NCBI GenBank assembly: GCA_964489145.1
Contig: CAZAXL010000002.1
Span: forward strand, 2,992 to 66,991
Source: an uncultured Gammaproteobacteria bacterium
GTDB taxonomy: Bacteria; Patescibacteriota; Microgenomatia; UBA8517
Direction of reading: 5' to 3'
Length of the DNA stretch: 64,000 bases
In this document: in pieces, positions 8,229-18,173 of the stretch
Numbering within the stretch: the stretch's first letter is position 1
How the letters are laid out: each line of letters starts with the position of its first letter
The notes under the pieces: generated by a model
The model's input: the letters and a program-made list of their open reading frames with translations, nothing else
Database searches by the model: none
What the model was told of the DNA's origin: nothing
Program-made: the position numbers and the translations under genes

Positions 8229-10037
8229 ATGAGTACAGATGAGATTAGGGAAAAATATCTAGATTTCTTTAAAAAGAAGGGACATATAGAAATTACCCCA
8301 TCTCCACTGGTCATCGATTCGGATCCAACAACCTTGTTTACAAGTAGTGGAATGCAGCAGCTTGCCCCTTATCTCAAAGGCGAGAAACATTCGAAAGGAA
8401 AAAGGCTTGTTGATATTCAACCGTCTATTCGTATGCAGGATCTTGATGAAGTTGCAGACAATCGTCATTTTAGTTTTTTCGAAATGTTGGGCAACTGGAG
8501 TCTTGGAGACTATTTTAAAAAAGATCAACTCGATTTTGTTTGGGAATTTTATACAAAAGAGTTGGGATTACCCCCAGAGAAGCTTTATGTCAGTGTTTTT
8601 GGTGGAGGCGGAGGTGTTTCTAAAGATACGGAATCTTTTGAAATTTGGAAGAAAATTGGAGTTCCCGAGAGCCATATTCATTTTTATGATGCCGAAAAAA
8701 ATTGGTGGAGCCGTGCCGGAACTCCTGATCAAATGCCTCCAGAAGAAATTGGCGGACCGGATAGTGAGATTTTTTATGAGTTCGATTCGGTTGATCACCG
8801 GTCTGAATTTGGGAAATTTTGCCACCCTAATTGCGACTGCGGAAAATTTTTAGAAATCGGAAACTCGGTTTTTATGCAGTACCAAAAAACTGAAAACGGG
8901 GAATTAATTGAATTACCTCAAAAAAATGTTGATTTTGGCGGCGGTCTTGAAAGAATCGCAGCCGCGATTCTTGACGATCCCGATGTTTTTCATATAGACA
9001 TGTTCTCCGGTATCATAAAAAAAATTGAAAAAGAAACAGGAATTGAGTACAACTCGGATCCCATAAAAGATAAAAGCTTTCGTATTATTGCCGATCATTT
9101 GAGAACGTCCGTGAACTTACTTAGTGAAGGTGTAATTTCGGGAAGTAAACTTCATGGCTATGCTCTTAGAAGATTAATTCGAAGGTCAATGTTCCATTTT
9201 CATCTCTTGGGAAGCGGAATTTCAGGTGGAGCGATTTCCCATATGGCGGAGGACTATAGAAGGTTTTATCCGAATGTTGATAAGAACTGGGAGCTTGTTG
9301 AGGAAAACTTAACCTCAGAGGCTACCCGTTTTGAAGCTGCTCTTAAAAGAGGTTTGGCAAAGCTGACAAAAGCTGTTTCCGAAGGGAAAATGATAAACGG
9401 CGAATTTGCTTTTGATATTTACCAGACGGAAGGGTTTCCGTTGGAACTTACAATGGAAATTCTTAAGCAGAATGGAATTGTGTTTTCAACTGAAGAGAAA
9501 AACGCTTTTGAATCTGAATTTGAAAAGCACAAAGAGTCATCACGTAGTGCTTCGGCGGGGATGTTTAAAGGCGGTCTTGCCGAGGCGTCTATTGTTACAA
9601 CAAAACTTCATACCGCAACCCACCTTCTACATGCTGCTCTAAGACAGGTTTTGGGAGAACATGTTGGACAAAAGGGAAGCCATATTACATCAGAGCGCCT
9701 GCGTTTTGACTTCTCCCATGCACAAAAACTCACAGATGAAGAAATCGATAAAATTGAAGGTTTAATTAACCTTAAGATCAAAGAAGATTTACAGGTTACA
9801 CTTAAAGTCATGAGTTTAGATCAGGCAATTGAAGAGGGGGCAATGCATTTTTTTGCGGAAAAGTATGGCAATGAAGTTAAGGTTTATACAATTGGAGATC
9901 CGAATGGAATTTGGTTTTCAAAAGAAGTGTGCGGAGGTCCCCATGTAGACCACACAGGAAAGATTGGTGGTGTTAAAATAACTAAACAGGAAAAAATCGG
10001 ATCCGGAATTATAAGAATATATGCTACATTAGGATAG
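8229..10037 (+). CDS. alaS: Alanine--tRNA ligase, short form without C-Ala domain
   Basis: FTSSGMQ, FEMLGNWSLGDYFK, DFGGGLER, IADHLR, editing motifs HTATH and CGGPHV. Confidence 0.96.
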   Translation: MSTDEIREKYLDFFKKKGHIEITPSPLVIDSDPTTLFTSSGMQQLAPYLKGEKHSKGKRLVDIQPSIRMQDLDEVADNRHFSFFEMLGNWSLGDYFKKDQLDFVWEFYTKELGLPPEKLYVSVFGGGGGVSKDTESFEIWKKIGVPESHIHFYDAEKNWWSRAGTPDQMPPEEIGGPDSEIFYEFDSVDHRSEFGKFCHPNCDCGKFLEIGNSVFMQYQKTENGELIELPQKNVDFGGGLERIAAAILDDPDVFHIDMFSGIIKKIEKETGIEYNSDPIKDKSFRIIADHLRTSVNLLSEGVISGSKLHGYALRRLIRRSMFHFHLLGSGISGGAISHMAEDYRRFYPNVDKNWELVEENLTSEATRFEAALKRGLAKLTKAVSEGKMINGEFAFDIYQTEGFPLELTMEILKQNGIVFSTEEKNAFESEFEKHKESSRSASAGMFKGGLAEASIVTTKLHTATHLLHAALRQVLGEHVGQKGSHITSERLRFDFSHAQKLTDEEIDKIEGLINLKIKEDLQVTLKVMSLDQAIEEGAMHFFAEKYGNEVKVYTIGDPNGIWFSKEVCGGPHVDHTGKIGGVKITKQEKIGSGIIRIYATLG

Positions 10038-10097
10038 GTTGTGAGATGTGAGTAGTGCGATCTCACTACACACCACTGACTACCTACCCCATTTTCT

Positions 10098-12314
10098 ATG
10101 AACTTAAAAGATTTTTTAATAAATAAAGATAGTCACCCGGAACTTTTTTGGGCGCTTGTTATAGAGGAAGGGTTGGTACAATCTGGTATTTGGTATATAG
10201 GAGATGCCACTGCTGAAGTTGTCAGTATAGGCGCAGGTATTCCCTGGGAAAGCGAAGAAGAACTGATTGAGGCAACCGACGCCGCTCTTTCCTCTGCAAT
10301 CCAGAAACTTCCTGAAAATTATCCGGAACCTCAAAAAACCGTTTTTGGAGTTTCGACTTCTTGGGTAAAAGAAGGTGAAATTTCACCGGAGAATTTAGGA
10401 AAAATTAAAAAGCTTTGTGCAGAGCTTTCTTTAACGCCAGTAGGTTTTGTAGTTTTACCGGAGGCAATTGCCCATCTTTATAAATCTGAAGAAGGGGCTC
10501 CCCTGAACGCAATTGTTCTTAAATCGGGTGACGATAACCTTGAACTTTCGGTGTTCAAATTAGGAAGTCTTGTAGGAACGACCGAAGTTTCAAGGAGCGT
10601 TTCCTTGGTTGATGATGTTGTTGAGGGTCTTTCCAGATTTGACGGAGTAGCACCTCTGCCTACACGATTTATTGTCTATGACGGTAAGGAAGGGGATTTG
10701 GAGGAGACAAAACAAATTTTAATTCAAGCCAGCTGGAGTGAAGGGAAAATAAACTTTTTACATACTCCACAGGTCGAAATATTAAGCACGGATGGAAAAG
10801 TTTTAGCAACTGCTTTGGCTGGCGGAGCTGAAATTGGAGAAGTGACGGCTGTTGTAAGCGGTCAGGATGATGAGGAAAATGAATTAGCCGAAAAGGAAAA
10901 TCCCGAAAAAGGGGTCAGTGAAGAACCAAAGCCAATTCTGGCCGAAAATTTGGGGTTTGCGGTTGGAACGGATGTTTCTTCAATGAAAAAAGAGGATGTC
11001 CAGAATGTTGTTCCGATTGAAGCATCCGGTCCGGTGGTGCCACAACCCGTCCCATCCCAGATGACTAATATTGGTACATCAAATCCAATGAGAATAGCAG
11101 GAGATTATCTATCCAGGTCCAAAAATTTATTTCATTCTTTTTCGGCAAAAATTTTCCCCAAGTCAATCCCCGGTGCTCCCAGTAAAAATAAAACTTTAGT
11201 TGCAGTTTTGGCCATATTGGGGTTATTGATCCTTGTCGTCGGGATTTTGTGGTGGTTTGTGCAAACAGCTAAAATAACAATCTTTGTTGCGCCAAAAAGA
11301 ACTGAAGAAAATGTGCAAATTTCGTTTAGCACAGATGGACAATTTGATGCGGCAGCCGGGGTTCTTCCGGCCAAAGTTCTGACCGATCAGGTTTCAGGAG
11401 AAAAGACAAAATCAACAACGGGTACAAAGCTTATCGGAAATAAAGCGACTGGGAGCGTACAAATTGCCAATGGAAACGGAGCAGCAATAAATTTGGCGGC
11501 AGGAACGGTCCTAACTTCTTCTTCGGGTTTTAAATTTGTAACAAGTTCGGAGGCATCTGTATCAGGACAACTTTTACCCGGTTCTCCCGGAACAGCAACG
11601 GTAAATGTATCATCAGTCGATATTGGTTCCCAATACAACCTAGCTAAGGGTGAAGTTTTCAGCGTTGGAAATTATTCCAAAGCTCTGGTTGCTGCAACCT
11701 CTACGGGAGATTTTAGCGGAGGAAGCAGTCAACAAATTTCTGCAGTGGGGCAGGATGATCAAACGAGCCTGGAAACTGATCTTAAAAGTGAACTTGGTCA
11801 AAGCGTGAAGTCTAATTTGTTGGCAAAAATAACAGAGGAATATATTTTCATAACTGATTTGGCGGTACTTGAAACCACAAGTGAAAATTTTGATCACAAA
11901 ATAGGAGACCCGGCCGATAACCTTAAACTTTCATTGTCTCTAAGCGCAACAGGGCTTGCTGCCGACAGAGCTAAACTTTTAGAATATGCTAAGGGTGTTC
12001 TTGCCGGCAAAGCTCCGTCCGGATATACACTTTCCGAAGATCAGATAAATTTCAAATTTACTCTTGCCGGTAGTGATACAGGCGGCAGATATACATATGA
12101 TGTCGTTGTTGGAGGCAACTTTCTACCGGAAGTTGATAAAGAAAAAATTAAAAGTGTAATTCTGGGAAAAACCGCAACCGTCGCCACAGATTACTTAAAT
12201 TCGATTCCCGGATTTGACCATGCAGATGTGCTTTTACAGATAAAATTCCCGGATCCTTTAAAAACTATCCCCAGGATTGCGAAAAATATTTCGATAGACG
12301 TTAAACCCGAATAA
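10098..12314 (+). CDS. Membrane protein with N-terminal FtsA/PilM-like cytoplasmic domain and C-terminal baseplate-J-like extracellular domain
   Basis: N-terminus resembles a degenerate actin-like fold (L.PVGFVV.PEAI.H); one TM at about aa 366-388; C-terminus has A.G.V...N....GT.L and GG..FSGG patterns typical of baseplate-J-like domains. Assigned by recall, not by HMM. Confidence 0.55.
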   Translation: MNLKDFLINKDSHPELFWALVIEEGLVQSGIWYIGDATAEVVSIGAGIPWESEEELIEATDAALSSAIQKLPENYPEPQKTVFGVSTSWVKEGEISPENLGKIKKLCAELSLTPVGFVVLPEAIAHLYKSEEGAPLNAIVLKSGDDNLELSVFKLGSLVGTTEVSRSVSLVDDVVEGLSRFDGVAPLPTRFIVYDGKEGDLEETKQILIQASWSEGKINFLHTPQVEILSTDGKVLATALAGGAEIGEVTAVVSGQDDEENELAEKENPEKGVSEEPKPILAENLGFAVGTDVSSMKKEDVQNVVPIEASGPVVPQPVPSQMTNIGTSNPMRIAGDYLSRSKNLFHSFSAKIFPKSIPGAPSKNKTLVAVLAILGLLILVVGILWWFVQTAKITIFVAPKRTEENVQISFSTDGQFDAAAGVLPAKVLTDQVSGEKTKSTTGTKLIGNKATGSVQIANGNGAAINLAAGTVLTSSSGFKFVTSSEASVSGQLLPGSPGTATVNVSSVDIGSQYNLAKGEVFSVGNYSKALVAATSTGDFSGGSSQQISAVGQDDQTSLETDLKSELGQSVKSNLLAKITEEYIFITDLAVLETTSENFDHKIGDPADNLKLSLSLSATGLAADRAKLLEYAKGVLAGKAPSGYTLSEDQINFKFTLAGSDTGGRYTYDVVVGGNFLPEVDKEKIKSVILGKTATVATDYLNSIPGFDHADVLLQIKFPDPLKTIPRIAKNISIDVKPE

Positions 12315-12345
12315 TTTCCCTGTTTATATAGTAGAATTGATCAAC

Positions 12346-13038
12346 ATGACTCAGAAAATGGTTTTACGTCTATCTGCCCTTATCTCAGGAATTTCGGGGA
12401 TAATTATTTTAGTGGGGGTTATCTATCCGATTGCCAGTTACAATGCGGTTTATTCCAAAAATTATACGAAGTTTATTTCGCCACTAGCCGATCCGGGAAG
12501 TCAGGTTCAGGAAGTGTTAACAAATTCAACCAAAGGGGAGTTTGATAATACAAAAGCCAGTAATTGGTTTACCGGGGGTGCTTCCCAAGAAGATTTTTCT
12601 GCCGAGGAAGTTTCTTACTACACAATTTCCATTCCGAAACTAAGAATCGACTCGGCTACGGTTGCAATTGGAGGGGAAGATCTTTCCAAAAGCCTGATTC
12701 AATATCCTGGTACGGCACTGCCAGGTAAACGCGGGAATGCCGTAATTTTTGGACATTCCATTCTGCCAATTTTTAATAATCCCAAAAACTATATTTCGAT
12801 TTTTACAATGCTTCCAACTTTGAAAAAGGGAGACCTTGTATTTATAAATTATGATGATGTCTCCTATACTTACAAAGTTGAGGAAATGTTTGAAGTGCTC
12901 CCCACTGATATCCAGGTTTTAGATCAGAATTCGAGTGATTCGTTTATAACTCTAGTTACCTGCATCCCGCCGGGAGATCCAAGATATCCGAAGAGATTAA
13001 TTGTTAGGGCAAGAATAGTGCCACCGGATCAAAATTAA
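12346..13038 (+). CDS. Sortase
   Basis: N-terminal TM, ISIPKL, IFGHS (His), TLVTC (Cys) and RLIVRA (Arg) catalytic triad. Confidence 0.93.
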   Translation: MTQKMVLRLSALISGISGIIILVGVIYPIASYNAVYSKNYTKFISPLADPGSQVQEVLTNSTKGEFDNTKASNWFTGGASQEDFSAEEVSYYTISIPKLRIDSATVAIGGEDLSKSLIQYPGTALPGKRGNAVIFGHSILPIFNNPKNYISIFTMLPTLKKGDLVFINYDDVSYTYKVEEMFEVLPTDIQVLDQNSSDSFITLVTCIPPGDPRYPKRLIVRARIVPPDQN

Positions 13039-13039
13039 T

Positions 13040-13420
13040 ATGAAGATATTGGGAATCGATTACGGAAGAAGTAAGATGGGTCTAGCTATTGCTAATGGGC
13101 CTCTGTCGGAGCCACTTCAAGTAATTCGATACTCGGATACTAAGATACTCGTGGAAAAACTGCAAAAAATAATTAAAGATAATGATATCGAAAAAATTGT
13201 GGTGGGAGTTTCAGAGGGTAAAATTGGAGAGGAGTCTAAAAAGTTTGCTTCTTCTATTCAGCCATTAATCCAATCAACCATTATTCTGGCCGATGAGACA
13301 CTTTCCACGCAGGACGCCCAAAGAATGAGTCGAGAAGCCGGCATTTCTCAAAAAAAGCGCCATGAAATGGAAGATGCCTACGCTGCCTGCATAATGCTTC
13401 AGAACTATCTGGACAACTAA
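13040..13420 (+). CDS. ruvX: YqgF/RuvX family pre-16S rRNA nuclease
   Basis: ILGIDYG, DETLST and EDAYAA..MLQNYL motifs. Confidence 0.92.
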   Translation: MKILGIDYGRSKMGLAIANGPLSEPLQVIRYSDTKILVEKLQKIIKDNDIEKIVVGVSEGKIGEESKKFASSIQPLIQSTIILADETLSTQDAQRMSREAGISQKKRHEMEDAYAACIMLQNYLDN

Positions 13421-13458
13421 CCTTGACTGGTCGATTTTCATGGTATACTTTAGTAAGA

Positions 13459-13662
13459 ATGTTTAAAAGTATTATTGCTCCGATGCAGGCTTGGCTCCTT
13501 TCTCAGGGAAGATGTGTCGGTTGTGGAACCCCCCTTACTGAGGGAAAGAAAAAAGGGACGAAGTATGGTGAACAAGTAACCTGCATCAAGTGTGGGAGAA
13601 TTTTTATTCATGACCTCAAAATTGATAAATATAGAAGAGCGCTTCTTGAAGAAGTTGATTAA
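13459..13662 (+). CDS. Small zinc-ribbon protein
   Basis: CVGC and CIKC pairs; TTGACT and TGGTATACT promoter boxes just upstream (13423-13449). Confidence 0.7.
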   Translation: MFKSIIAPMQAWLLSQGRCVGCGTPLTEGKKKGTKYGEQVTCIKCGRIFIHDLKIDKYRRALLEEVD

Positions 13663-13674
13663 TTTACTCTTTTT

Positions 13675-14625
13675 ATGAAAAAGTTGCTACTTTTACCGCT
13701 TTTTCTGATTATTATTGCAGCCGCAGGAGTTTTTTGGTTTTATAAAAATTCAGAAGCCCCCTCCACTACGGAAAAATTCAGTTATTTTATTATTGCCAAG
13801 GGATCGTCAGCTTCACAAATCGGAAGTAAACTTGAATCCGCAGGATTCATAAAAAGTGCTTTGGCTTTTAAGCTTTATATGCAATTTACGGGACAATCCG
13901 GAAGACTTCAAACAGGAGAGTTCAGACTAACTCCTTCATATTCTCTTTTCCAGATGGCTGATACGCTTTTCAAAGGTCCGGTTGAGCTTTGGGTAACAAT
14001 CCCGGAAGGCCTAAGGCGTGAGGAGATTGCTCAAAAATTTGCGGCAACTTTAAATAAAGATGACTCTTTTATTACAGATTTTTTGCAAGTGTCAAAGGGG
14101 GAAGAAGGATATCTTTTTCCTGACACCTATTTGTTTCCAAGGGACGTCACGGCGGTTGCTGTTACTGAAAAACTTACGAATACTTTTGCTTCAAAAACCC
14201 AAAATCTGAAAAACAATTCAGGGCTCACGTTTGACCAGGTAATTATCCTGGCATCTCTTCTTGAGCGGGAAACAAAAACCGATGAGGAACGTCCGACTGT
14301 TGCGGGAATTCTCATTAAAAGATTAAATTCTGGTTGGCCTATTCAAATTGATGCCGCGGTACAATATGCAGTAGGCACTTATAAGGATTGGTGGCCCATT
14401 CTTACACTCGACAATTTATCGATAAAATCACCATATAATACCTATAAAAATCAGGGACTTCCACCGACACCAATTGCCAGCCCGGGACTTTCTTCTATAA
14501 AAGCTGCTCTTAACCCTACGGAGAGTGATTATTGGTACTATATTCACGATGAGAAGGGACTAATTCACTATGCCAAAACACTTGAGGAACACAATGCCAA
14601 TATTGCTAAATATTTAGGCAAATAA
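13675..14625 (+). CDS. mltG: Endolytic transglycosylase MltG
   Basis: TIPEG, EGYLFPDTY, LASLLERE, SPYNTY..GLPPTPIASPG. Confidence 0.95.
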   Translation: MKKLLLLPLFLIIIAAAGVFWFYKNSEAPSTTEKFSYFIIAKGSSASQIGSKLESAGFIKSALAFKLYMQFTGQSGRLQTGEFRLTPSYSLFQMADTLFKGPVELWVTIPEGLRREEIAQKFAATLNKDDSFITDFLQVSKGEEGYLFPDTYLFPRDVTAVAVTEKLTNTFASKTQNLKNNSGLTFDQVIILASLLERETKTDEERPTVAGILIKRLNSGWPIQIDAAVQYAVGTYKDWWPILTLDNLSIKSPYNTYKNQGLPPTPIASPGLSSIKAALNPTESDYWYYIHDEKGLIHYAKTLEEHNANIAKYLGK

Positions 14626-14639
14626 TTGCAAACTGGGTG

Positions 14640-14667
14640 TTGACAACATATATATTCACTATATAAT
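14640..14667 (+). promoter_or_regulatory. Sigma70 promoter of rpoBC (TTGACA-16-TATAAT)
   Basis: Consensus boxes at 14640-14645 and 14662-14667; leader hairpin CCCGC..GCGGG at 14701-14719. Confidence 0.75.
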
Positions 14668-14750
14668 CCCATCTTAGGCGTACATGAATGGTACGCTCGT
14701 CCCGCTTCAATGTTGCGGGCCTTTAGTGTTTTAATAATTACCAAGGAATA

Positions 14751-17700
14751 ATGACAGCTCAAAAATCATCCCGTCGAAATTTTGGTAAAGAAGAAAAAAA
14801 TCTACCAAAAATTAATCTAAGTCAGGTTCAAAAAGAAAGTTGGCAGTGGTTTTTGGGAGAAGGCATTAAAGAAGAGCTGACCACAGTTTCCCCAATCGAT
14901 GATTTTACAGGTAAAAATTGGCAACTTTTCTTGGGCGATCACTCCTTAGGACTTCCTACAACATCCCCCAGATTTGCCCAGAAAAAAGGTGTTACCTTTT
15001 CATCCCCCCTTAAAATCCGTGCGACTTTGATAAACAAGAGAACTGGCCAAGAAGTTACACAGGATGTTTTTTTGGGCGATATTCCTCAAATGACCAACGC
15101 TGGGACATTTATTATCAACGGAATTGAAAGAGCAGTAATTAATCAAATTGTACGTTCCCCGGGAGCTTATTTTTCAGGCGAGCTTGATCCGTCATCCGGT
15201 CGAGTTCTCTACAAAGCCGAGATTCGTCCACTTCACGGAAGTTGGCTTGAGTTTGAGGCCACAAGGGGAGACCTTATTTATGCCAGGATTGACAGGCGCA
15301 GAAAAGTTTTGGCAACAACATTCCTAAGAGCCCTGGGAGTTGAGTCGGATCAGATGATAATAGACGCTTTTAAAGATATAGATCGCGATAAAGACCATAA
15401 ATACATCGCTGCCACTTTAGCCAAAGATTCGACCAAGACACAAGGGGAAGCCTTAATCGAGATTTACAGGAAAATGAGGCCGGGTGAGCCGGCAGTTCTT
15501 GAAAATGCAGAATCTCTTTTTGCTAGTCTGTTTACTGACGGTAGACGCTACGATCTTGGTAAAGTTGGAAGATTTAAGATTAATAAAAAATTAAGTATTA
15601 GCCTACCAAATGAGAAGGCTACTTGGGTACTGACTAGACAAGACGCAGTTGCAGCAGTTTCCTATCTCATTGGTTTGCAAAACGGAGTAGGAAAGCTTGA
15701 TGATATCGACCATCTTAGTAATCGCAGATTGAGGCGTGTTGGAGAACTTGTTGCGGTGAACGCTTTCAGGGTTGGACTTTTGAGGCTTGAGCGAAGCGTT
15801 AAAGAAAAAATGAGCTTAATTTCACCAGACGATAGACCTCTTCCGGCCACTCTAATAAATGCCAGACCTTTAATTGCATCTTTGAATGAATTCTTCAGGA
15901 GCAATCAATTATCAACAATTTTGGACGACACAAATCCTCTTAGTGAGGTAGACAATCTTCGCCGTGTTTCTGTTTTGGGAACTGGCGGAATCAACAGAGA
16001 AAGAGCAAGTTTTTCAATTCGTGACGTTAATGCATCACAGTACGGAAGAATTGATCCCATCAGGTCCCCCGAAGGACCAAACATCGGACTGGTTACCTAC
16101 CTGGCGCTTTATGCTAAGGTTGACGAATTCGGTTTTATAGAGACTTTATACAAAAAAGTTGAAAAAGTCGGCAAAAAAGCAAGAGTTACGGATGAAATAG
16201 AGTACTTAACTGCTGACGATGAAGAAGATCACTATGTTACCCACTCCGGAGTAAATGTTGATAAAGATGGCTACATTACTGACAAAAGAGTTCCCCTTAG
16301 ATACAAAGGTAAATTTATCGAAGGTGCGGCAAGCTTGGTCGAATACATTGATGTTACTCCAAGGCAGGTGGTTGGCGCATCGGCCTCTCTTATTCCGTTT
16401 TTGGCCAATGATGAGGGTAATAGGGCTCTAATGGGAAGCAATATGCAATGTCAGGCCGTGCCTCTTGTTAATCCGGAATCTCCTATTGTCGGAACCGGAA
16501 TGGAAGGTGAGATTTCTGCCGGAATGCAAAGAGTGATAAGGGCAAAGCACTCAGGAACCGTTGAATTTGCGGATGGAGAAAAAGTTATTGTTAAACTCGA
16601 CAAGAAGATCAGCAATCAGGAACCCGATACGGATGATGTTGAAATTATAGAGAGCGGAAGCCGTGAAGTTTACTATTTAACCAAGTTTAAGCGTACAGCA
16701 CATTCAACTTGTTATAACCAGATAACCAGAACCGAACCCGGGCAAAAAGTTTCTGAAGGAGACCTTTTGGTTGACGGCCCTGCCAGCGAGGACGGAGAAT
16801 TAGGACTCGGGAGAAATCTTACAATTGCATACACAAGCCTTGGAGGCTATGGGTTTGAGGACGCGATTCTTATTTCCGACAGGCTTGTAAAAGACGACCT
16901 TTTAACATCAATCCATATTGAGGAATATGAAGCTGAGGTGGTAGATACCAAGCTTGGGCCGGAAGAGATTACAAACGATATACCCAACGTTTCTGAGGCA
17001 GAACTTGCAAACTTAGCCTCGGATGGAATAGTAATGATTGGTGCTGAAGTCGGACCAAACGATATTTTGGTTGGGAAAATTGCTCCTAAAGGTGAGACGG
17101 AGCTAACTTCGGAAGAAAGACTTCTTAGAGCAATTTTTGGTGAAAAAGCCCGTGAAGTAAGAGACACATCCTTAAGAGTTCCTCACGGAGAGCGTGGAAC
17201 AGTAGTTGATGTTCAGATTCTTGACCGCGATAAGGGCGATGAACTGGGACCGGGGGTAATAAAGAAAGTAATGGTCAGGGTTGCCCAGATAAGAAAAATT
17301 ACCGTCGGAGACAAAGTTGCTGGACGTCACGGCAATAAGGGTGTGGTAAGCAAGATTATGCCTGTTGCAGATATGCCGTATCTTGCTGATGGAACACCTG
17401 TTGATATTCTTATCTCACCCCTTTCCGTCATTTCGCGTATGAATTTGGGACAGCTTATGGAGGCGCATCTTGGCTGGGCTTTGAAATCCGAAGGGATTAA
17501 AGGAGCTCTTCCAGTTTTTGATAAAATTGGTGCGGATGTTATTGCAGAAGAATTAAAGAAAGCAGGTCTTCCGGTTAATGGGAAGACAAGACTTTACGAT
17601 GGCCGCACCGGCGAGGCTTTCCAAGAAGAAACCGTTGTCGGAGTTTCATACATAATGAAGCTTATCCACATGGTTGAAGATAAAACTCATGCCCGTTCAA

Positions 17701-18161
17701 CCGGTCCATACTCTCTTGTTACCCAGCAGCCTCTTGGAGGAAAAGCTCAAATGGGAGGCCAGCGCTTGGGAGAAATGGAGGTTTGGGCACTCGAAGCTCA
17801 CAGAGCAAGCCATACTTTGCAAGAAATGCTCACTATAAAATCGGACGATGTTTTGGGACGTGCTAAAGCGTTTGAGGCCATTGTTAAAGGAACCCAGATT
17901 CCGGAGTCAACAATTCCTGAAAGTTTTAAAGTACTTGTCCGCGAACTTAATTCCTTAGGTCTTGCGATTGATCCCAAAGGTGCGGTTGTTGCCAAAGAAG
18001 TTATTGAAGAAGTTTCCGAAGGTGAGGAACTGGCTAAGGCGGCCGGTGCTGAAATCGTTGCAACGAAAGAGCTGATCGAAGACAAAAGCCCTATAACAGT
18101 TTCTGATGAAACTGATATGTCATCGAAAGATGTCATGGAAGTTGAGGAGGTTGTGATTTAA
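14751..18161 (+). CDS. rpoB: RNA polymerase beta subunit
   Basis: GDKVAGRHGNKG, GGQRLGEME, DDIDHLSNRR. Confidence 0.99.
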   Translation: MTAQKSSRRNFGKEEKNLPKINLSQVQKESWQWFLGEGIKEELTTVSPIDDFTGKNWQLFLGDHSLGLPTTSPRFAQKKGVTFSSPLKIRATLINKRTGQEVTQDVFLGDIPQMTNAGTFIINGIERAVINQIVRSPGAYFSGELDPSSGRVLYKAEIRPLHGSWLEFEATRGDLIYARIDRRRKVLATTFLRALGVESDQMIIDAFKDIDRDKDHKYIAATLAKDSTKTQGEALIEIYRKMRPGEPAVLENAESLFASLFTDGRRYDLGKVGRFKINKKLSISLPNEKATWVLTRQDAVAAVSYLIGLQNGVGKLDDIDHLSNRRLRRVGELVAVNAFRVGLLRLERSVKEKMSLISPDDRPLPATLINARPLIASLNEFFRSNQLSTILDDTNPLSEVDNLRRVSVLGTGGINRERASFSIRDVNASQYGRIDPIRSPEGPNIGLVTYLALYAKVDEFGFIETLYKKVEKVGKKARVTDEIEYLTADDEEDHYVTHSGVNVDKDGYITDKRVPLRYKGKFIEGAASLVEYIDVTPRQVVGASASLIPFLANDEGNRALMGSNMQCQAVPLVNPESPIVGTGMEGEISAGMQRVIRAKHSGTVEFADGEKVIVKLDKKISNQEPDTDDVEIIESGSREVYYLTKFKRTAHSTCYNQITRTEPGQKVSEGDLLVDGPASEDGELGLGRNLTIAYTSLGGYGFEDAILISDRLVKDDLLTSIHIEEYEAEVVDTKLGPEEITNDIPNVSEAELANLASDGIVMIGAEVGPNDILVGKIAPKGETELTSEERLLRAIFGEKAREVRDTSLRVPHGERGTVVDVQILDRDKGDELGPGVIKKVMVRVAQIRKITVGDKVAGRHGNKGVVSKIMPVADMPYLADGTPVDILISPLSVISRMNLGQLMEAHLGWALKSEGIKGALPVFDKIGADVIAEELKKAGLPVNGKTRLYDGRTGEAFQEETVVGVSYIMKLIHMVEDKTHARSTGPYSLVTQQPLGGKAQMGGQRLGEMEVWALEAHRASHTLQEMLTIKSDDVLGRAKAFEAIVKGTQIPESTIPESFKVLVRELNSLGLAIDPKGAVVAKEVIEEVSEGEELAKAAGAEIVATKELIEDKSPITVSDETDMSSKDVMEVEEVVI

Positions 18162-18173
18162 AATACCAAGATT

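Noticed and set aside
10098-12314. Prophage suggested by the baseplate-J-like domain
   Set aside because: No other phage structural, integrase or terminase genes; the protein has a TM helix and housekeeping neighbours
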